Shown piece by piece: positions 61,160-64,000 of a DNA stretch of 64,000 nt (position 1 is its first letter; the number at the start of each line of letters is the position of its first letter). A model generated the notes under the pieces. That model was not told the origin of the DNA. It saw only the letters and a list, made by a program, of their open reading frames with translations, and did no database searches. This DNA comes from an uncultured Pseudomonadota bacterium. GTDB taxonomy: Bacteria; Pseudomonadota; Alphaproteobacteria; RF32; CAG-239. Position numbers and translations under genes: made by a program. The stretch spans positions 13,235 to 77,234 of the forward strand of contig CASFJK010000005.1 in NCBI GenBank assembly GCA_949295025.1, in the 5' to 3' direction.

Positions 61160-61600
61160 TTATTCTCGATGATAAGGATGATGATTAATAATCGTCTGAA
61201 TACGATAAATTTGTTCTGACAAAACCGCACGCATAAGCATATGCGGTAAAGTTAACTTTCCAAAAGAAAGTAATAAGTCTGCTTTATCTCGGGTTGATGG
61301 TAGATGTCCGTCAGCACCACCGATTAAAAAACAAATTTCAGAAACTCCGTTTAGTTGCCAATTTTCAATTTTAGCCGCAAGTTCCAAACTTTTCATATTT
61401 TCACCGCGCTCATCCAGAACAATAACTTTGGCGCCATGCGGAATATTTTCTTGCAAAAATTTAGCTTCATCCACCTGATCGGAATTGTCTTTTTCTTTTA
61501 TAACCACATTCCATGAAGAACGCTTAATATACTCTGCAATAATCTGAGCTTCCGGCGAGTTTTTCTTACATTTTCCTATTGCTAAAATTGTAACTTTCAT
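61160..61600 (-). CDS. rlmH: 23S rRNA m3Psi1915 methyltransferase
   Basis: LDERG, IGGADG, EQIYR, HPYHRE. Confidence 0.96.
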   Translation of the reverse strand: MKVTILAIGKCKKNSPEAQIIAEYIKRSSWNVVIKEKDNSDQVDEAKFLQENIPHGAKVIVLDERGENMKSLELAAKIENWQLNGVSEICFLIGGADGHLPSTRDKADLLLSFGKLTLPHMLMRAVLSEQIYRIQTIINHHPYHRE

Positions 61601-61686
61601 CCATTTCCTCTCTTGACTTTTTTTACAAAAAAAATAATCTTAAAAACAAATTATTACAATTATAAAAATTATTAAACTTGAATATT

Positions 61687-62148
61687 ATGAAAAAAGAAAC
61701 TTTCGATGCCATTTCTTCTTGGCACCAAAAACAAAAAAAATTGTTAGACACTAAGTCAAAAATTATTTCTGAACCGCTGGAACTGGTAACCTTATCTCAA
61801 AACATTCTTGACGAAGAGGATGCTGCCAAAGCTTTATCTGAATATTTGGAAACCCCAATCTCGTTGCCTATGTTGTTTTTAGGTGTTCCCTACAATTTAC
61901 ACGAACAAAACATACATAGAATTTGCGCCGGATATGTTTACACCGTAAACAACTTAGGATGGTTAATTATTTGGAAAAACACAAACAAAATCCTATTTCT
62001 GGATAAGAATTTATATGGAATGGAAAAATGTTACCGATTTCAGACCAAAGAAGCGGCTCAATACACATTAAAACAAAGTATTAAAATCAGAATATGTCTG
62101 ATTGGACTATTTGTTTTAATAATACTATTAGCCGCTTTATGCAATTAA
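61687..62148 (+). CDS. Hypothetical protein with C-terminal TM, between rsfS and rlmH
   Basis: ORF with TTGAC upstream and terminator downstream; opposite strand to neighbours. Confidence 0.7.
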   Translation: MKKETFDAISSWHQKQKKLLDTKSKIISEPLELVTLSQNILDEEDAAKALSEYLETPISLPMLFLGVPYNLHEQNIHRICAGYVYTVNNLGWLIIWKNTNKILFLDKNLYGMEKCYRFQTKEAAQYTLKQSIKIRICLIGLFVLIILLAALCN

Positions 62149-62190
62149 TAAAAAAAGCCGGAAAACAATCCGGCTTTTTTTATAATTATT

Positions 62191-62571
62191 TTATTCTCCT
62201 CCGACTTTTTTCAAAGTACCGATGGAAGCCCACATTTTTTCCAAATTATAAAACTCACGAACTTCGGGTTTAAAAATATGAACAATCACATCAAAGGCAT
62301 CAATCAAAACCCAATCAGCTTTTTCTTCACCTTCTGCCATTGAAAGATATCCGGCTGCCTTAAGTTTTTCTTGAACTTTTTCTGCCAAAGAGGCAACGTG
62401 TCTTTGTGATGTACCACTGGCAATCACCATCTGATTTGCAATTGAAGATTTACCTTGCAAATCAATAACGACCATATCTTCAGCTTTACCTTCATCCAAG
62501 GTATCCAAGACAATTTTCAAAATTTCTGCAGCTTCTTGCTCGGAGGTTTGTTTTTTTGTTTTTTTAATCAA
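62191..62571 (-). CDS. rsfS: Ribosome silencing factor
   Basis: KAED..VIDL, SGTSQRHV, WVLID, VREFYNLEKMW. Confidence 0.95.
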   Translation of the reverse strand: MIKKTKKQTSEQEAAEILKIVLDTLDEGKAEDMVVIDLQGKSSIANQMVIASGTSQRHVASLAEKVQEKLKAAGYLSMAEGEEKADWVLIDAFDVIVHIFKPEVREFYNLEKMWASIGTLKKVGGE

Positions 62572-62595
62572 ATCTCTGCTCCTCTTTTTGCACCA

Positions 62596-63726
<1,131 letters not shown>

Positions 63727-63733
63727 CTAAAAA

Positions 63734-63988
63734 TTATTCGGTAACAACAGAAACAACTGTTCTATCGCCGGCTTTTTTAGAAAACTCAACTTTACCTTCG
63801 GCAACAGCAAAGATTGTGTGATCTTTACCCATAGCAACATTGTTACCCGGGTGGTAAACAGTACCACGTTGACGAATAATGATGTTTCCAGGGATAACAG
63901 CTTCACCGCCGAATTTTTTAACACCCAAACGACGTCCGATAGAGTCGCGTCCGTTATTGGAACTACCGCCTGACTTCTTATGTGCCAT
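63734..63988 (-). CDS. rpmA: 50S ribosomal protein L27
   Basis: [16 protein letters not shown]. Confidence 0.98.
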   Translation of the reverse strand: MAHKKSGGSSNNGRDSIGRRLGVKKFGGEAVIPGNIIIRQRGTVYHPGNNVAMGKDHTIFAVAEGKVEFSKKAGDRTVVSVVTE

Positions 63989-64000
63989 AACTCAATACTC

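Overview
AT-rich bacterial chromosome segment in the standard genetic code. The gene order (yebC-ruvC..ruvAB-ybgC-tolQRA; rpmA-obgE-rsfS-rlmH; pal-cpoB-tilS-ftsH; xseB-ispA; aspS/rnd) is alphaproteobacterial and looks streamlined, plausibly an uncultured gut RF32/Rhodospirillales-like lineage (inference). Also present: a partial metK behind a SAM-II/SAM-V-type riboswitch, three tRNAs (fMet, Thr-UGU, Gln-CUG), a subclass-A2-like beta-lactamase, an ArsR-HMA-CadA metal operon and many single orphan genes. Main leads: (1) non-coding structured elements behind tRNA-Thr and tRNA-Gln, each carrying an antisense and a split sense copy of its own tRNA's T-arm; (2) an integrase-less ~5.4 kb island in tRNA-Thr encoding ATP-grasp, Ntn-hydrolase, GNAT and two exporters; (3) a dispersed class of Shine-Dalgarno-less orphan genes with shared leader and terminator motifs; (4) effector-like proteins (NLS-like + HNH, ankyrin-like, inactivated FrpC self-processing module). 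All calls are by eye; no database search was run.
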